Assembly: GCA_016748015.1 (NCBI GenBank)
Contig: JAAOMT010000435.1
Coordinates: forward strand, 186,001 to 250,000
Length of the DNA stretch: 64,000 nt
Direction of reading: 5' to 3'
Source: Geosiphon pyriformis uo1
Lineage: Eukaryota > Fungi > Glomeromycota
Part shown: piece by piece, positions 27,252 through 40,530 of the stretch
Position numbering within the stretch: position 1 is the stretch's first letter
Layout: each line of letters begins with the position of its first letter
Position numbers and translations under genes: made by a program
Notes under the pieces: generated by a model
What the model was told of the DNA's origin: nothing
The model's input: the letters and a program-made list of their open reading frames with translations, nothing else
Databases searched by the model: none

Positions 27252-27914
27252 ATATATAGCAATAGTGTTAGAAGCAAAAAAAATAGTCAATTAGATTCAA
27301 ATAAATATCCAGACAAGTAATCTAAAATACTTTTTTTTTTTACTAATAATTACTATTATTTGAAGTAAAATTATATTAAATAAATTTACTCAATTTAATT
27401 ATCTATTTTTTATTATTGTATACTAATTAAAACACTTACTGAGTATACTATATTAGCAACTAAATGTTAATATTATCTGGTATTTAACTACACTAAAACA
27501 ATAACTCTTAATTACAGTTATTAATAAAATACTAATTTTATTTTTTTTCTTAAATTTTTTATTTTTTTTATTTTTATTTATTTTTTTGTTTTTATTGTTG
27601 TTTACTAATTAATTAAGAGATTAAGCACTAAAATATTAATCTTAAGAATAGTTTGGTAAAAGATTCATAAAATAAGAGTAAAAACTTAAAGATAGTTTAT
27701 CAAAAAAACATAATTGTTAGATTAAACTGGTCATTATACTAAAAAAAAATTCCTAAAAAACACTATTAATTGAATCTTTGTTTATTATACAAAAAACTCC
27801 ACCAAAACTTTTAGATTCAAAAACTTTTAAAAACTTACAGTATTATTAATTACTGAGTATTAATTTACAGATTTGTTATTTGTTTTAACATCTTAAATAA
27901 TTATCTGTAATATT

Positions 27915-27931
27915 TGGTGCTCTCTGTAAAA
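27915..27931 (+). promoter_or_regulatory. Primer-binding site (decayed TGGTGCTCCCTGTGAAG)
   Basis: tggtgctctctgtaaaa lies 2 nt after the LTR end. The TGG start is complementary to tRNA CCA. Confidence 0.8.
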
Positions 27932-28379
27932 TATAATTTAACAGAAAACAAGCACTTTTAACAACTATTCAAAAAAATGGCAGACCAAAAAATCATAAGA
28001 TAAAATTACTTAAAATTTGTAAAATTCTTATTTTAATATTATCAAATTCATCTTGGATTGACAAATAATCATTGACCAGTAGAATTAATTATTAACTTCT
28101 ATGTTAATGAAAAAATTTTATATTACTTAAAAGACCAAAAAAATCCAAAAATTATGATTAAAAATTTTTACATAAAACTATTATAATATATTAATCTTTT
28201 GTAAAACCATAGTTTTACTTCAATTATTATAGAAATTAATTACAAAATCAAAAGATATACTCAGCCAAAGTTTCCAATCACATTTATAAACAAAGACAAA
28301 AACAAAATACAAACTTTAGCAAATATACTTAAAACAATACAACCATCTAATTAGAAAAAATCCAAAGTTGTTTTCCTAT

Positions 28380-29047
28380 TATTACAGTTGAAACTCATAC
28401 TTTTTATTAATTATCATATGTATTAACTACTAATGTTACATAATTAGCCATTCTATTTTTAAATAGTAATTATTGACCTAATTAATGACCTAACTGTTGA
28501 CCTGATTATTGATCTAATTATTGATTAATTTTAATAGCTATATAAGCAATGAGTCTCTTAGCTGTAAGATAAAACACATTATCAATTACTTCCTTTCATA
28601 TTGCTTATTCTCTTTTTCTTACCTTTAAGTATTTAAACATCTTGGGATAAAAGATTACTTGTTAAAATTTACATATTTTATCTTTTTTTCTTTTTAATTT
28701 GTATTTGTTAGAATTAGCCTAAGAAGCAATTACTTGCTCTTATAATTTATTAAATAAAAAAATGATTGAAAAGCACAATAATATCTGTTATTGATTCTAA
28801 GAATTGCTGAGTTGAGACATAGAATAATAGCAATAATATTATCTTGTTAACAATTACAGACTATTTTTTTATCTTTAGATTTTCAGAAAAGATTTGTGAT
28901 TGTGATTTTTATAAGACTAATTATGTATATTGAATTCTTATTCATTCAATTTACTCTTTTATTGTAATTCTTTTTTTGATTATTTTCATTACATTACAAT
29001 CTTGTTCTCTTTTGCTATCTATTAGCTTGTTACTCTAACTTATAACA
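28380..29047 (+). repeat. 5' LTR of copy D
   Basis: tattacagttg...ttataaca; direct repeat of 36305-36994. Confidence 0.9.
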
Positions 29048-32000
29048 TAAAAGTAGTGCTCTCTATGAAGTTATCAAAATCCACTTTGTTTCTTATTGTA
29101 TAGGTGATTATTTATATCTGTCACAACAATCAAAAAAACACTTTGAAGCTCACAACAAAAACGATCTAGACTTTATTGAACTCAATTCTTTGCCCTCCTG
29201 TTTGATTTGCTTTCCCATTAAAAAACAATCTAGTAAACAATTCCAAAACTTTTGGAACTGGTTCCTAAATAAACATTTAGTTGAAATTTATATAGACTAT
29301 ACAACTTATTACTTTAACCAAGCTTATTTTGAAGACAACTTTAAAGAAAAAAACAACAGTATTAATCAGCTTTTATATTTTACAACCTTTGAACAACAGC
29401 CCTTTAATTTCGAATACCTAAATTACCAAATTTACATCTGGATTGCTGCTTACCAGTTAGCTAAAACCTTCTTTGAAACAAAAAAAGAAAGTTATCAAAC
29501 TGCTTCTATTTTTGATCTCTTTTCAAGCAAATTAGAACATTCTACACAAATAGCTACTTCTGAACTAATAACTAATGACTCTATGCAAACAAACATCCTA
29601 ACCATCCTTTAGAGTATACAAACTGCTTTAGAACAAAGAAACAACACCTCATTACCATTATTCAGAAGTAATACACAAGATTCAATTGAATAATTAAATG
29701 ACTTTGAAAGAGCTGTCACATCCAACCAATATGATAATAAATACAAATTCCAAATTGTTGGTGGCTATCTTTAAGGCTTTCTTGCTACTTGGTTCTTACA
29801 AGAAACCAATATCAATGCTCAGCAAAGAATCATTAGATGGACATTAGCAAATGCTAGAGAAAACAACACTTTTTTTACTATCTGGTTTGAAACAAAATTT
29901 AGAACTCCTATTTTAATATCCAAATGACACATAGAATTAGAAAAAAAAACTCAAAGTTCCAGTAAAATTGTAACTAAATATGCCAAAGCAATCAAAAAGT
30001 TAATCAAGTGAGTAGACTCTGAAAGAAACTGGACAGAAGAGCAGAAAATTTACTTTTTCACAAAAAGATTAAAAACTGATCTCTTATATGCTTTTTGGCC
30101 CTTCTTGGTTCTGAAAGACAATCTCACAATAAATATGGCCATTGAACTTGTTTAATGAATTGAAGACAACCAAAAAATGCACTTGGGATTTACACTTTCA
30201 GTTTTTGCTCCTGCTTTTGTTATGGCTTTTGCTTCTCAAATGGCTGCTACTTCTTTTACTGCCCAGACTTCAAATTTCAATAAATAATTAATAGATAAAT
30301 TCACAGTCAATTTTGTCTGGTTATTAGAGCTCTTAACCCAAGCAGTCAGAGAGAATCAACAACCCCAAAAATCCAGATTTGAATCACGTTTTAATTAGTC
30401 CTAGCAATTACTTTATCAAAAACAACAAAATCATGGTCTATCTGTATGTTATCACTGTAGATTAACTGGACATTTCTCCAAAAATTGCAACAATTCTTTT
30501 CTGCCTCCTCTAGCTTTCAGAAACAATAACAATCAAAACAACAGAATTATTAACAACAATATCCCTAATCAAAGACTCAATCATGTCAACATCAATTTTT
30601 TTGAAGAGAATCTCTTAGTTAAAACCACTATTTATTAGCTTTTAAACTGGTAGATAGATCTTTAAAAGATAAGAATACAAGTCAACCAGAAAAAAACCTC
30701 TTTTATGCTTTTAATCTAACTGATAATAACTATAACATAGATGAATTAGCAATTAACACCTCTGAATCAACCAGAAAGAAGAAAAAAGCCAAGGTTGACT
30801 TTATTCTGGACCCAAACAAAGCATTTACATTAACTGCTAATAACAATGAGTCACCAAAAACTAAAGTTTTTAAGAATTCTCCAAAGTTAGAATCCTCAGA
30901 AATAGTACAAAAATTTGGTTTTTATTCTATTGTTAAAGAATTCATGGAAACCCCAACTCATATTACTTTTGATCAATTAATAATTCATCTACAATTCAGA
31001 AAAAATCTTCACAAATATCTGATTCTAAAGAAAAAGACACCAAAAACCAACAAGCACTCTCATTAAGCTGAACTTGCTAACAACAGTAATGTTACTCCTC
31101 TCATTTGCAAAGCCCAAGTGGCTGGTTACTTCATTGATTTGATCTTAGACAGTGGATTATCTGTTAGTGTTATTACTAAACATTTTTTGGAAGCCATTGA
31201 TAGAAAGATTAATAAACTTTTAACCAAATTTATAACCAATGTACATAATAATAAAAAAAAAGGACTTGATATTGCCAAAGCTGTTTCTGTTTGCATCAAT
31301 AGCATCAATATTAAAACTGACATAAAAATATCTAAAGCAAAAAAATACACCATAATGGTTGGCAATAAGTGGCTCAAAAAAGCCAAAGCACTACTTGACT
31401 ATAAACTTTGTAAACTAATCATCAGATGTGGTGAAAAGCCTATTGTAATTAAGTATTATTATTGGACAACTTCTTTAGTATTCAAGCAAAATCAAGAAGA
31501 TAAACAATTAAATAAATTAGATAATAAAAAAAGCAATAAAGAAAAAAATTAAGAAGAACAAAAAAAAACTGTTGAACTTGTCTATATCATATTTACCAGC
31601 AATAACAAACTATTGGACAATATTAAAGCTAACAAAGAAGGAATTATTGTAAATGGCAAGCTGATTTGTTGGCCCTACTATAATATCTTTAGAAAAACTT
31701 TTGATAAAAAACCTGGCAAGAATACAAAATACAGTTATTAGTGGCATGGTCTTTGTGTTTAGTGCTAGTGTGATAAACTCTTGTATTTTTCTAATAATAA
31801 ATACAAATTCTGCTTAATTTACTACAAAAATTGGAAACTTATTAGCTTAATACCAAGAGAAAAACTAAGAGAAATACAAAAGTTCTTTGAAAATAAATCA
31901 CCTAAGATCCAATCACTTGCAATAGAACAAAAAAAACTCTCTTCTGAAAAAAAAAAAATAAACATTGAAAATTTGTTGGCTAAAAATAATTCAGTTATCT

Positions 32001-32428
32001 CAAAAAAATGATACTTTTAGATAAACTCATATAATACAACATACTATTATTATCAAAAAAACTTGTTTTATCTATCTAAAGTCTTATCAATCTAATTAAT
32101 ACAATAATAAGTTCATTAAGAAAGAGATAAACTAAATGAAAAATTTTGGATTCATACAAAAACCAAGAGTAAATAGACTTTTTCAGTTGTAGTAATATCT
32201 AAGAAAGGTAAAATTCTACACTTCTGTGTTAACTATTACCAATTAAATATTATTATTATAAAAAACATGTATCTACTTCCCAAAATTGATGCAATGCTAG
32301 ACAAATTCAATAGTGCTGCTTTCTTCTCCACCATTGACTTAACTGCTAGATTCTAATAAATAGAAATAGATTCAAAAAGCAAAAAAAAACTGTCTTCATT
32401 ACCAAGTATAATATCTACAAATTTATAG

Positions 32429-33371
32429 TATTACTCATAGAATATAGGAATTATATATTAGTACAAAATTAGCCAATCAGAATAGGACACAGTAAAAGTA
32501 AAATTCTAGAATTTCTTTTAGAAAAATTGCAGAATTTCAGAATTATAGAATTCTAATATAAAAAATTGCAGAATTGCAGAATTGCAGAATTCTAGAATTC
32601 TTTTTAAAAAATTACAGGATTTCAGAAATTCCAGGATTCTTGGCTAGAGAATTGAGAAATCCAAAAAATTTTGTATAACAAAATTTATGTATATATAGCA
32701 ATAGCATTAGAAGCAGAAAGAGCAGAATTTCTTAGCTAAAATTCTTAGCTTAAAACACCCAGATTTAATTCTTATCCATCTTTTCATATAATAGTATTCT
32801 ATAACTTGAAGTAAAAACATCAAATATTAATAAAATACTTGTTACTATTACAATCTATTTTTCTGCTATTAGCAACTTATGTTAATAATTACCAATACTT
32901 AACTATATTAGACTAATAGCTATTAATCATAACTATTAATAAAATACTAACTTTTCTTGCCTTGACTTATTTTTTCATTTTCTTTCTTTATTTTCTTCTA
33001 TTTTTCTTTTCTTTTTTTGTTGTTTATTTACTAAATTGATTAAAAAAATTAATATGTAAGGTACTAATGTTAAAATATAGCATTGGTAAAAAACTCAGGA
33101 ATAAGAGTAGACACTCAAAATTAAGAATAGCTTACCAGAAGATTTTTGGCCACCAAGCTAAGAAAAAAATTAATAGAATTGCGATTTCAGAAAACTATTA
33201 ACAATAATTATTGAATCTTTGTCTATTATACAAAAGACTCAATTAAAACCTTCAGATAATCAAAACTTTCAGATCATCAAAACTTTCAGATATTGCTAAT
33301 ATCATTCAACTATTGAGCACTAAGTTACAGATTTGTTATTTGTTCCAGACCCCAAATAATTAACTATAACA
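32429..33371 (+). mobile_element. Solo family 1 LTR inserted in the RT of copy D
   Basis: tattactcatag...tataaca, flanked by atag/ataa (copy C has a single acag there). The RT 'F-T-V-M-P-F-G' motif is split by the insertion. Confidence 0.87.
32471..32834 (+). promoter_or_regulatory. Putative LTR promoter and poly(A) elements: CCAAT box, GAATTGCA/GAATTCTA tandem array, TATA-like motif, AATAAA
   Basis: agccaatcag 32471-32480 (ctgattggct in the minus-strand LTR copies), short repeats ~32500-32670, tatatatagc ~32690, aataaa 32829-32834. The order matches U3-R. Confidence 0.55.
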
Positions 33372-35619
33372 ATAATCATGCCTTTTGGTCTCACCAACGC
33401 CCTTTCCATTTTTTAATGCTTAATGAACAAAGTATTTAAATCAGTAAAAAAAACTTTGTTCTGGTCTACTTGAAAAACATAATAGTATACTCAAAAACCT
33501 GGGATGAATATTTTGAACACTTGCAAAAGGTTTTTAATCTCTTTAAAAATGCTGGCCTCAAAATAAATCCAATTAAATCTTTTTTTGGATAACAATTCAT
33601 CTAGTTTTTTGGTTATCTTATTACAAAAAATAGAATCTTCTTTGATCCAGCTAAGATTAAAAAAGTTCAGAACATTAGACAACCAATAAATGTTCCTGAA
33701 CTATGTTTTTTTTTTGGTTTGGCTTCTTACTATTGCAAATTTATCAAGAATTTCTCCAAAATTGTCTTTTTTTTTAATTAGCTACTCAGAAAAAATGTTA
33801 ATTATTATTGAAACATTCATCAACAAAAAGCTTTTAAAACTCTAAAGGAAAAACTTATTATTAAACCAATTCTTAAACAACCTAATTTAGACCAACTTTT
33901 TATCCTGTACACTGATACATCTGGTTATAAACTTGGTACTGTTTTTTATAAAAAAATAAAAATAGCAGAAAACATGCTATAGCATATGCCAGTAGATCCT
34001 TCACATCAGCAGAAAAGAACTATTTAGTTATTAAACAAGAATGTTTAGCAGTAGTTTGGGCTACTAGCTACTAGGACCAATATTTTCTTAGTGTAAAATT
34101 CCTAATAATAACAGATATCAAGCCTTGGTTTGGCTGTGCAATAAGAAGAAACTGGAATACAAACAAATAACTCACTGAATACTCTATTTAGATAAATTTG
34201 ACTATAATATTTAACACCACAAAGAAGCAAATCATCAAAATGCTAATGTTCTCTCTAGACTTACTATTCAATAATAGTACAATCTCTCAACTAAAACCAA
34301 CTTAATTATTAGTAACTCTCTCATAAACAAACAATAATGAACTTGAACAACTACTCTATCTTAATAAAATTTTTGGATAAAGAACAATACTCACCAGAAT
34401 ACACTTGACAGCAAAGAGAACATTTGTGTAAACAATCAAATTTTTATTTAATTTGCCAGAACCAACTATATGAAAGAATAGAAAAGATTCTAACCATCTC
34501 CAAAAAGTCATTAGATTTGAAAAAAGAGAAATTGTAATCAACAACATGTACACTGATCCATTAGCTAGACACTTTGGAAAAACAAAAACAATTCAGAAAA
34601 CTTTAGCTTACTATTATTGGTCAACCTTAAGAAAAGATATTGCTAAGTACATCAAAACCTGTAACATCTGCCAAAAAAAAGGCAAACTCAACTGAAAAAA
34701 ATATCCATCTAATCTCTGTTGGCCAATTATTTAACAAAATTGGTATAGATGTTGTTGAACCCTTAACAATAACTCCTAATAATAATAAATATATTATTAC
34801 AGCTATTGACTATCTTACAAAATAAATAAAAACAAAAGCCACTCTAGATTAAACAGCAGTTTCAATAGCTAACTTCATTTATGAAAATATTATCTGCCAT
34901 CATAACTGCTTCAAAGAACTTTTATCTGATAAAAAAAGAGTTTTTTTTAGTACACTGGTTGAAGAATTTTGTAGAAAAATGAGAATATGTCATAAACTTT
35001 TTTTCCCTTATTACTCTCAAACAAATAGTTTAATAGAATGTTTTAATAAAGCATTATGTAAAATTTTAGCCAAAACCAGTAAAAAAACAAATTTATAAGA
35101 TAAAGTACTGCTTTCAGCTTTGTTTGCTTATAGAACTGTAAATTATGACATAACAAGTTATGAATCTTTTTTTCTACTCTATAAACACATGACAACACTA
35201 CTAATAAAAACTGATATTGAAATAATATCTTTTAAAAAAATCACAATAGAGAATTACAAAGACATTTTGCAAAGAAGACTTGGTACTATTCTTGACTTCT
35301 TGGTAGAAGCATAAATAATTGTCTTTGAAAAGATAAAACAGTTCCAAGAAAGCTTAAGAAAAAAAAAACTTATAAAACATTTTCCTTAAATGTTAATAAC
35401 TTAGTATTAAAATACTGTTCAAACAGAGACAATGTCTATAATAATAAATTCTCTAGCCAGTGAAAAAGACTTTATATAGTTAACAAAGTTTTAAACAATG
35501 ATTTTTATATTCTACAAGATTAATTCAAAACAATCTTTAATGATCACCCTGTTCATGGTACATAATTCAAAAATATTACAAATGACCTAATTAGTTGTCT
35601 GTTGTAGTAATACCAACCC

Positions 35620-36300
35620 AAATGATCAGCAAAAATCAAATATAAATAAATACATTATTCCTAAAACAGAGGTATCTTTAATTAACATAAACAATTATTT
35701 CCTAAATTAAAACATTCAAAATGCCTTCTATATAAATATTGGATCAAAAACTATTTAAATACTACTTTGATCATTGGAAAATAGACCATTATAACTGATA
35801 ACAATGAAACATATACTGTTATTAGACCTAAGAAAACCACTACCAGAAGAGAAAAAATTAGTAGCAAAATAGATAAATATCTGTTGAAAAGTATAACAGC
35901 AGTTATACTCTTACTTTTTAGCATAATTAGAAAAACACTCCAAAAAATCTTGCCTATAGACAAAAACTTGCCATATGGAAGACAATTAGAACTCTATGGT
36001 CGTCTTGGTGAAATCATAAAGAATATAAAACTAATAAAAAAACATCTTCAGAAATACAGACAGAAATTTTGGACATTATATAATTAGATGTTCCAAGAAT
36101 TTTAACTATTGCTAAAAGAGCCAAAACTCTTATATAAAGATTTGGTCTCTTGAATACAAAACTTATTTCACCTCAAATATTATATACCTTATTTACCAAA
36201 GACTTCAATAAATTAGTTAGCTTTAAGTTAGACAAAACTCTTCAAATAGATTATTTTATAAATAGCTTGATTTTGCCAGAGCTTAATTTCTTTAAAGAAG
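35620..36300 (+). pseudogene. Extra ORF (~200 aa) between integrase and PPT in family 2; function unknown
   Basis: ORF fragments 35884-36087 and 36150-36335 match 25990-26205 and 26323-26556 of copy C. Confidence 0.65.
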
Positions 36301-36304
36301 ATAA

Positions 36305-36994
36305 TATTATGATTAAAATCCATACTTTTTATTAATTATTACATGTATTAGTCATTAATATTATATAATTAGCCACTCTATTTTTAGATAGTGATCATTG
36401 ACTTAATCAATGACCTGACCATTGATTTGATTATTGATCTGATTATTAACTACTTTTAATAGCTATATAAGCAATGAATCTCTTAGTTGTAGAAAGACAT
36501 AATTAAAGTAATGAGATAAAACATACTATCAATTACTTCTTTTTATATTGCTTATTCTTTTTTCTCTATCTTTAAGTATCTGAACATCTTGGAATAAAAA
36601 ATTATTTGTTGGCATTCACATACCTTATCTTTTTCTTTTTTTGATTTGTATTTATTAGAATTAGCCTAAAAAACAATTGCTTGCTTTTATGATTCATTGA
36701 ATAAAAAAATAATTAAAAAGCACAACAATATCTGTTATTGATTTTAAAAATTGCCAAGTTAAAGCATAGAATAATAGCAGCAGTATTATCTTGTTAACAA
36801 TCACAGACTATTTTTCTACCTTTAAATTTTTAAAAAAAATTTGCAATTGTGATTTTTATAAGACTGATTACACATATTGAATTCTTACTTATTCAATTCA
36901 TTCTCTTATTGTAATTCTTTCTTTGATTATTTCTATTACCTTATAATTTTGTTCTTTCTTGCTATCTATTAGCTTGTTACTCCAACCCATAACA
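36305..36994 (+). repeat. 3' LTR of copy D
   Basis: tattatg...cccataaca; preceded by the PPT and followed by the TSD ctat. Confidence 0.9.
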
Positions 36995-38208
36995 CTATTA
37001 TATTTATCTTAGTATTATATACTAGGAAGTATTATTAAAATACTATCAGAATTTATGTTATCATTAACAATAAAATTTATTATTACTAAAGTTTTATTTT
37101 AAAACAATCAGAAAAAATTCAAACTGTTAAAAACTTATAATGATTACTTTGAAAGATTTAAGTTGTGATCAACAACATCATTAGGATTTTAATTATTGTC
37201 ATCTTAACTTAATTTTGGATCCACCAGTAATTGGGTAGATACTGAATCAGAGAAAAAAAAGAGTAGTAATTGTAAAATCATTAAACAAAACCTAATTTTA
37301 GATAAACTAAAAATCCAAACTTGATTTGTTTAAACCCAGCAAAATCTGAACAATTCAAACTCTACTTTTATTGTTTAATAAAACCCACTTTTAGTCATTA
37401 AAATCAATTCACTACTAATTATACCAATAGTTACTTCTCAACAACTACAACAATTATTACTTATACCAATAATATATATATCAATTACCAAATTAGAGAA
37501 GTTTACTAGTGAAAAAAACAATGTCCAAATTTGATTAAATAATATTACAAAAGCTATTGTAGTCAATAAATAAGATAATATTAAAGCTCTTTAAACAATC
37601 TCATATTTTCTATAGAATACTGTCAATTTATGATATTAAAGCTTAGTAAACAAGCCACAAACTTTCAATATGTTTAAAGTCATATTTCTATAATACTTTA
37701 ATAATTACAACAGCATTTATTAATTATTAATTGGCTTTATTACAATCAAACAAAACAATACTAAAGCAGTTACTACTTACCTTAAACATTTTTATAGAAA
37801 TCGATAACAGATTCAAGCAATAAATGCAGATTATTTTATGTGCTCCAAATCTTGAACCAGTTCATTTATGAATTACAGAGCAGTTTTTTGTAACAAGTAT
37901 GTTTATTATATTCAAATAACCTTCAAGATACAGTTATCTACACCAAAATTTTTGAATTAGCTAAGCTCAAAGCCAACTATGTCCAAGCCATAAATTTAAT
38001 GATAAACAAATCATTTGAATTGGATACCAAATTGAAGCAATTTGGAAAAGCAATTAATCAGAAAATTAAGAAATACTTAGCTAACAATCAAGCAATATAT
38101 TAGTCTTTTCAATGTTATAATAATCCAGAAAACTATAATTGTGGTCCAAATTAGTTGCATATATTAGCATTATTATTAGCAAATTTATTGTAATAACAAA
38201 AAACATGT

Positions 38209-38885
38209 TGTTACAGATAATTATTTGAGGTGTTAAAACAAATAACAAACTCATAACTTGGTATTTAATAGCTGAAAATGTTGATAATTTCTGAAGATTT
38301 TAAAGTCTAAAGATTTTGATTGAGTTTTTTGTATAATAAACAGATATTTAATTAATGGTTTTTTTAGTGAATTTTTTTTTTCAGTATAGTAATTGGTTTA
38401 TTTTTGGCAGTTGTGTTTTTTTGGTAAGTTATTCTTAAATTTTTATTCTTGTTCTTAGATATTTTATCAAGTTATCTTTGACATTAATTTTTTAATGCTT
38501 AATCTTTTAATTAATTAGTAAACAACAAAAAAAATAAAATAAAAAAAATAAAAAGAAAATAAGAAAAGAAATAAAAAATTATTATCTTATTAATAACTAT
38601 AATCAAGAATTATTGGTTCAGTATAGTTAAGTATTAGATTCTATCAACATAAAGTGTTGATAGTATAAAATAGATTAGTATTTTTTTAATCAAGTATTAA
38701 TAACATAAATTTAGGTGATAATAAATGTTTTATTAATATAAGTATAATTCTATTTCAAGTTATAAAAAACTATTTTTTAAAAGAAGAAACATTGTTGTTC
38801 TAAACTAATCTGAATTCTATTAAATACTTTTTCTGCTTTTAATATTTTCACTATATATATATAATTTATGTTATACAAGATTTCA
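38209..38885 (-). mobile_element. Truncated family 1 LTR inserted antisense in the gag of copy E
   Basis: Starts TGTTACAG and closely matches 15291-15950. The right end, with adjacent host sequence, is missing. Confidence 0.8.
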
Positions 38886-40530
38886 AATTCCAAATTATAC
38901 TAACAATTTAGCAACTATATAATATCAGTACTAACTACATTATACTCAAATAATATAACAGCCAATATATTTATCTTTAATTTATTAAGTTTTAGTACCT
39001 ATAATTTATTAAGTACTACAGTTACAAGTAATTTATTAACTTTAGCAAATTCAAATATTACCTCAAATTCAACTCAAATATTTGCTGAAAACCAAAAACT
39101 AAAAATTAATTACACTCAACAAATTAAAAATTGGTAATAATTATGCACTAATTGATTTCTAGTTTATTAAATCAGCTATTAGAATTATACTAATAGAGTT
39201 TGAGAAATAAATATGCCCAAAATCCAAATTTTCAAAGCTATTTAAGTCTTTTGACAACTTCAGAAAACATTTTATCCAATATCTTAGAAACTTAGAAACT
39301 ACTAAACAACAATATTTTATTTGCTATTATTATAAAAAACAAATTGCTTGCTGCAATATTTCTTTTTGAACTTAAAAAATTTGTAATAATATCTTTTTTT
39401 AATGAAACTGTTCTTAACATTAAACTAATTATTACTATGTATTCTAATGCCAAAGTTGATAACCAATCTATTAAATTTATTCTTAATAGTAAGTTAATAA
39501 ATAGTATTATTATACAATAACTTATAGACTAATTAGGTTACTAAGTTAACTAAACTGCCAGTATTAGAATTATTACTGCTAATAAAATAACAAAAATTTC
39601 TATTTGCAAAATTGATAACTTCCTATTTAAAATTAATGGTATTATTATACTTATTAAAGTTTTAATTATAAAGACCACACAGTATTAAGCTCTTGTTAAT
39701 AATAACTGGCTATTCAAAACCAACACTATATTTAACTAAAATATCCAGAAGTTTTAACTCAATTATAATAGTTAACAAAGTCAAATACTGGCTACTTGTA
39801 GTTATTTCAAGATTTATTTAAGAAAGCAATAATTAATAGAGTTGAAAGAAAAAAAAAACAAATATACCTAAAAAGCTTAACAAATTTTATAGGCCAAAAA
39901 AAAAACACAATAAGTTGCCATTAATACTTACTCAGAATAAAAAAAAAAGACAAAAGACAAATTTCAAGCCACTTTCTTTAGTAAATAATTAAACCAAAAA
40001 AACATCTACTTTATATTTTGCTCAAATATATAAATTACAATAAGAAGTTTTTATCTATAAAAACTTGTATCTTATCAGAAGAAGAATACAAAACACATAT
40101 CTGTTATTATTACAAAACATATTACTAAAAATACTTTAAATACCCAAAATAATAAAAAAAATAAAACAATAAATTTTGCTTAGTTTGTCATAAAATTCTG
40201 CCAGATAAAAAAATGTAAAATAATATTTCTGATTAAGAAAAAACATATAATACATTATGTCAATACACAATTCTCATTAACAACTAAGTAAATAGAAGAA
40301 CATCTTTTAATGTTATATAAAACAAAGCTCTTTTATACTTAAATAGTTATTTTCATAATAAAAATAAAATTTGAAGAATGGCAAGTGCCAAAATTAAAAA
40401 CACTTTACTTAGTAAAATTTTAACAATCAAAAACAATTTATTAAAACTGTTTTTATTTTAAACTCAGACTTCTTTGTTGACATTATGTGTAAGCTAAAAC
40501 AATTTTATAAATATTACCAAGATTTAATAC

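Larger units (their letters stand above)
29190..35620 (+). pseudogene. gag-pol of copy D, disrupted
   Basis: Gag knuckle CYHCRLTGHFSKNC (~30447-30488), protease LILDSGLSVSVI (ORF 31118), RT 'MPFGLTNAL'. Integrase HHCC 'HFGK..CNIC' and 'IGIDVVEPL..AIDYLTK'. PR-RT-RH-IN order indicates Gypsy. Confidence 0.9.
28380..36994 (+). mobile_element. Full-length Ty3/Gypsy family 2 copy D with two LTRs and a perfect CTAT TSD
   Basis: LTRs 28380-29047 and 36305-36994; ctat at 28376-28379 and 36995-36998. PBS tagtgctctctatgaag 29054-29070; PPT before 36305. Confidence 0.93.
27252..40530 (+). mobile_element. Ty3/Gypsy family 1 copy E (partial 5' LTR, PBS, gag, PR, Cys-rich domain), 3'-truncated; host of nested insertions
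   Basis: LTR remnant 27252-27912, PBS at 27915, gag from ~27977 resuming at 36999. Decayed protease 'IKFILNSKLINSII' at ~39460-39510. Homologous to the reverse complement of copy B. Confidence 0.8.

Noticed and set aside
35330-35620. Chromodomain at the integrase C-terminus
   Set aside because: Only a decayed GPY/F-like segment is visible; no YLVKW-type chromodomain motif was seen in either family.
15291-40530. Copy A as the inverted 3' half of copy E
   Set aside because: A and E both contain the same ~450 bp of the Cys-rich domain with diverged sequence, so they are separate copies.
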